Both the position numbers and the translations under genes were made by a program. Positions 51,643 to 52,643 of a stretch of 52,643 nt of DNA are shown piece after piece. Each line of letters starts with the position of its first letter. The stretch's first letter is position 1. The DNA comes from a virus. The stretch is taken from the IMG/VR virus record IMGVR_UViG_3300028801_000004; one strand, 5' to 3'. The notes below the pieces were generated by a model. The model ran no database searches. It worked only from the letters and a program-made list of their open reading frames with translations, and was not told the DNA's origin.

Positions 51643-52214
51643 AGCACCTGGGCGTCTTCGGCAGTGATATTGACCGTGAGGGGCTTTTGCTTGTTGTCCC
51701 GTTCGAATGCCCCGAGATGGCGCATAGCCTTGTCAATGGCTGAATTTTTATCGTACATCTTGATCTTGCTCGTGCGGCCAATCGCCGTAGAGCCGTCTCG
51801 ATTGTAATTCTCTGTGACTTCGAAAGAGCTGACCATCGAAGCTGTCGCGTCATCTAACTCCCGAATAGGTTTTAACGACCCGTCGGCATTAAAGAGCTGT
51901 CTCGGGTCCGCCATCACGAGCCGGCGCAGAGCCTCCAGTACGTTCTTGATCGTCAGCCCATGCTTCTCCTCCAACTCGGCGGCCACGCGCTGCTTGTGGT
52001 CCTCGAAGAGCTGCTTCACATACGGGTGCTTCATCTGGTTGCAGGCCCAGACAGCGGCGCTCTTCTCCGGGATCCCTACGGCGATGGCGGCCGCGCGGCG
52101 GCTCCCACCGTTGGCCAGCACCTCTTGAACGAAGCGCTCGCGCTTGGCTTGGTCGTCCCGGCGTTTATTCGACGAGACGTGCCCCTCGGCAACCTTGGGC
52201 TTAGCTTTGGCCAC
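51639..52214 (-). CDS. terS: Terminase small subunit (Terminase_2-like)
   Basis: RERFVQEVLANGGSRRAAAIAVGIPEKSAAVWACNQMKHPYVKQ is an HTH typical of TerS. GTG 52214 lies 6 nt after GGAG and is preferred over the TTG at 52253. Confidence 0.8.
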   Translation of the reverse strand: MAKAKPKVAEGHVSSNKRRDDQAKRERFVQEVLANGGSRRAAAIAVGIPEKSAAVWACNQMKHPYVKQLFEDHKQRVAAELEEKHGLTIKNVLEALRRLVMADPRQLFNADGSLKPIRELDDATASMVSSFEVTENYNRDGSTAIGRTSKIKMYDKNSAIDKAMRHLGAFERDNKQKPLTVNITAEDAQVL

Positions 52215-52407
52215 GGAAAACTCCACCGGCGAGGTGGTGGGCAACCCAGGCAACCTGCTCAGGCTTGAGAATGTGAGTGCTGACCTTCTGCACCCACTCG
52301 TCGAAAGTGAGCCCCTCGCGCAAGTCTCGCGGCGATGAGTTCCAGGCCGAGATGAATGGCTGGAGGGCGGCGCGGTGCGCGGGGCTCAGGTTTTGGATCT
52401 TGGGCAT
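52201..52407 (-). CDS. Hypothetical protein (68 aa)
   Basis: ATG lies 5 nt after the upstream stop. Late-operon orientation. Confidence 0.45.
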   Translation of the reverse strand: MPKIQNLSPAHRAALQPFISAWNSSPRDLREGLTFDEWVQKVSTHILKPEQVAWVAHHLAGGVFRGQS

Positions 52408-52412
52408 GGTGC

Positions 52413-52625
52413 CTACTTCTGCCAGCTTGAATCGTTGGGGTTGCTACCGCCGCCGTAGTCCAATCCCTTGAGGTCGTCAGGAGCTTGCTCGGAGCTACTG
52501 CGGTGCTTAGGACCGCGGGACTTGGCCCCGAATGCCTTACCGATCGCTGTGAAAGCTCGATCGAATCCGGCCTGCGGGTCGAACCCTTGCGGAGCGTCTG
52601 ACGAACCTGTGCGCCTGGTTGCCAT
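52413..52625 (-). CDS. Hypothetical Gly/Ser/Asp-rich protein (70 aa)
   Basis: The ORF starts inside the terminal overlap, and its 5' 109 nt are duplicated at 1-109. No clear SD. Confidence 0.4.
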   Translation of the reverse strand: MATRRTGSSDAPQGFDPQAGFDRAFTAIGKAFGAKSRGPKHRSSSEQAPDDLKGLDYGGGSNPNDSSWQK

Positions 52626-52643
52626 GATGTCAGTGCTTACTTC
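52517..52643. repeat. Right copy of the 127-nt terminal overlap
   Basis: Identical to nt 1-127. Confidence 0.95.

Noticed and set aside
1-52643. Lysogeny module, tRNAs, CRISPR, reverse transcriptase/DGR, phage RNA polymerase
   Set aside because: I looked for integrase/recombinase, CI/Cro pairs, RT motifs (YxDD) and single-subunit RNAP-sized ORFs and recognised none. The only regulator seen is the 86-aa XRE protein. Absence is judged by eye and should be confirmed with HMM searches.

Overview
The window is one complete tailed-phage genome. Nt 1-127 are identical to nt 52517-52643, so the unique length is about 52.5 kb and the molecule is circularly closed or terminally redundant. The host is probably Gram-negative (lipobox lipoprotein, GH108 muramidase, Sec-type signal peptides). 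I found no tRNA, CRISPR array, integrase or CI-type repressor. There are two convergent arms. (1) A rightward early/replication arm (+ strand, 1430-24710) encodes a DnaN-like mini-clamp, Toprim primase/helicase, J-domain protein, family-A DNA polymerase, Cas4-like nuclease, DEDDh exonuclease, VRR-NUC, SNF2 helicase, XRE regulator, QueD, a TGT-fold (DpdA-like) protein and an HNH nuclease, plus many small ORFs. (2) A leftward late arm (- strand, 321 across the junction to 52625, then down to 24707) has P22-like order: TerS, TerL, portal, scaffold, coat, decoration protein, GroES-like, adaptor, gp10-like hub, three ejection proteins, fibres/tailspike and a lysis cassette. The arms diverge from a ~1.1-kb repeat-dense control region (322-1429) and converge on a palindromic hairpin at 24700-24718. 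A second non-coding region of 760 bp (3013-3772) looks like a replication origin. The most unusual content is in the late arm. Three enzymes sit inside the ejection/tail block: a cupin hydroxylase, a GNAT and a divergent PurD-type ATP-grasp ligase. Two Lys-rich mini-proteins sit there as well. All three tail-fibre/tailspike-region proteins begin with canonical Sec signal peptides. Other notable items are a minimal QueD-DpdA-like-HNH module (possible 7-deazaguanine DNA modification), a beta-clamp homologue lacking domain I, and a phage-encoded J-protein plus GroES pair. All family assignments come from motif recognition by eye, without any database search. Start codons were refined using SD sequences and overlapping stop/start codons.
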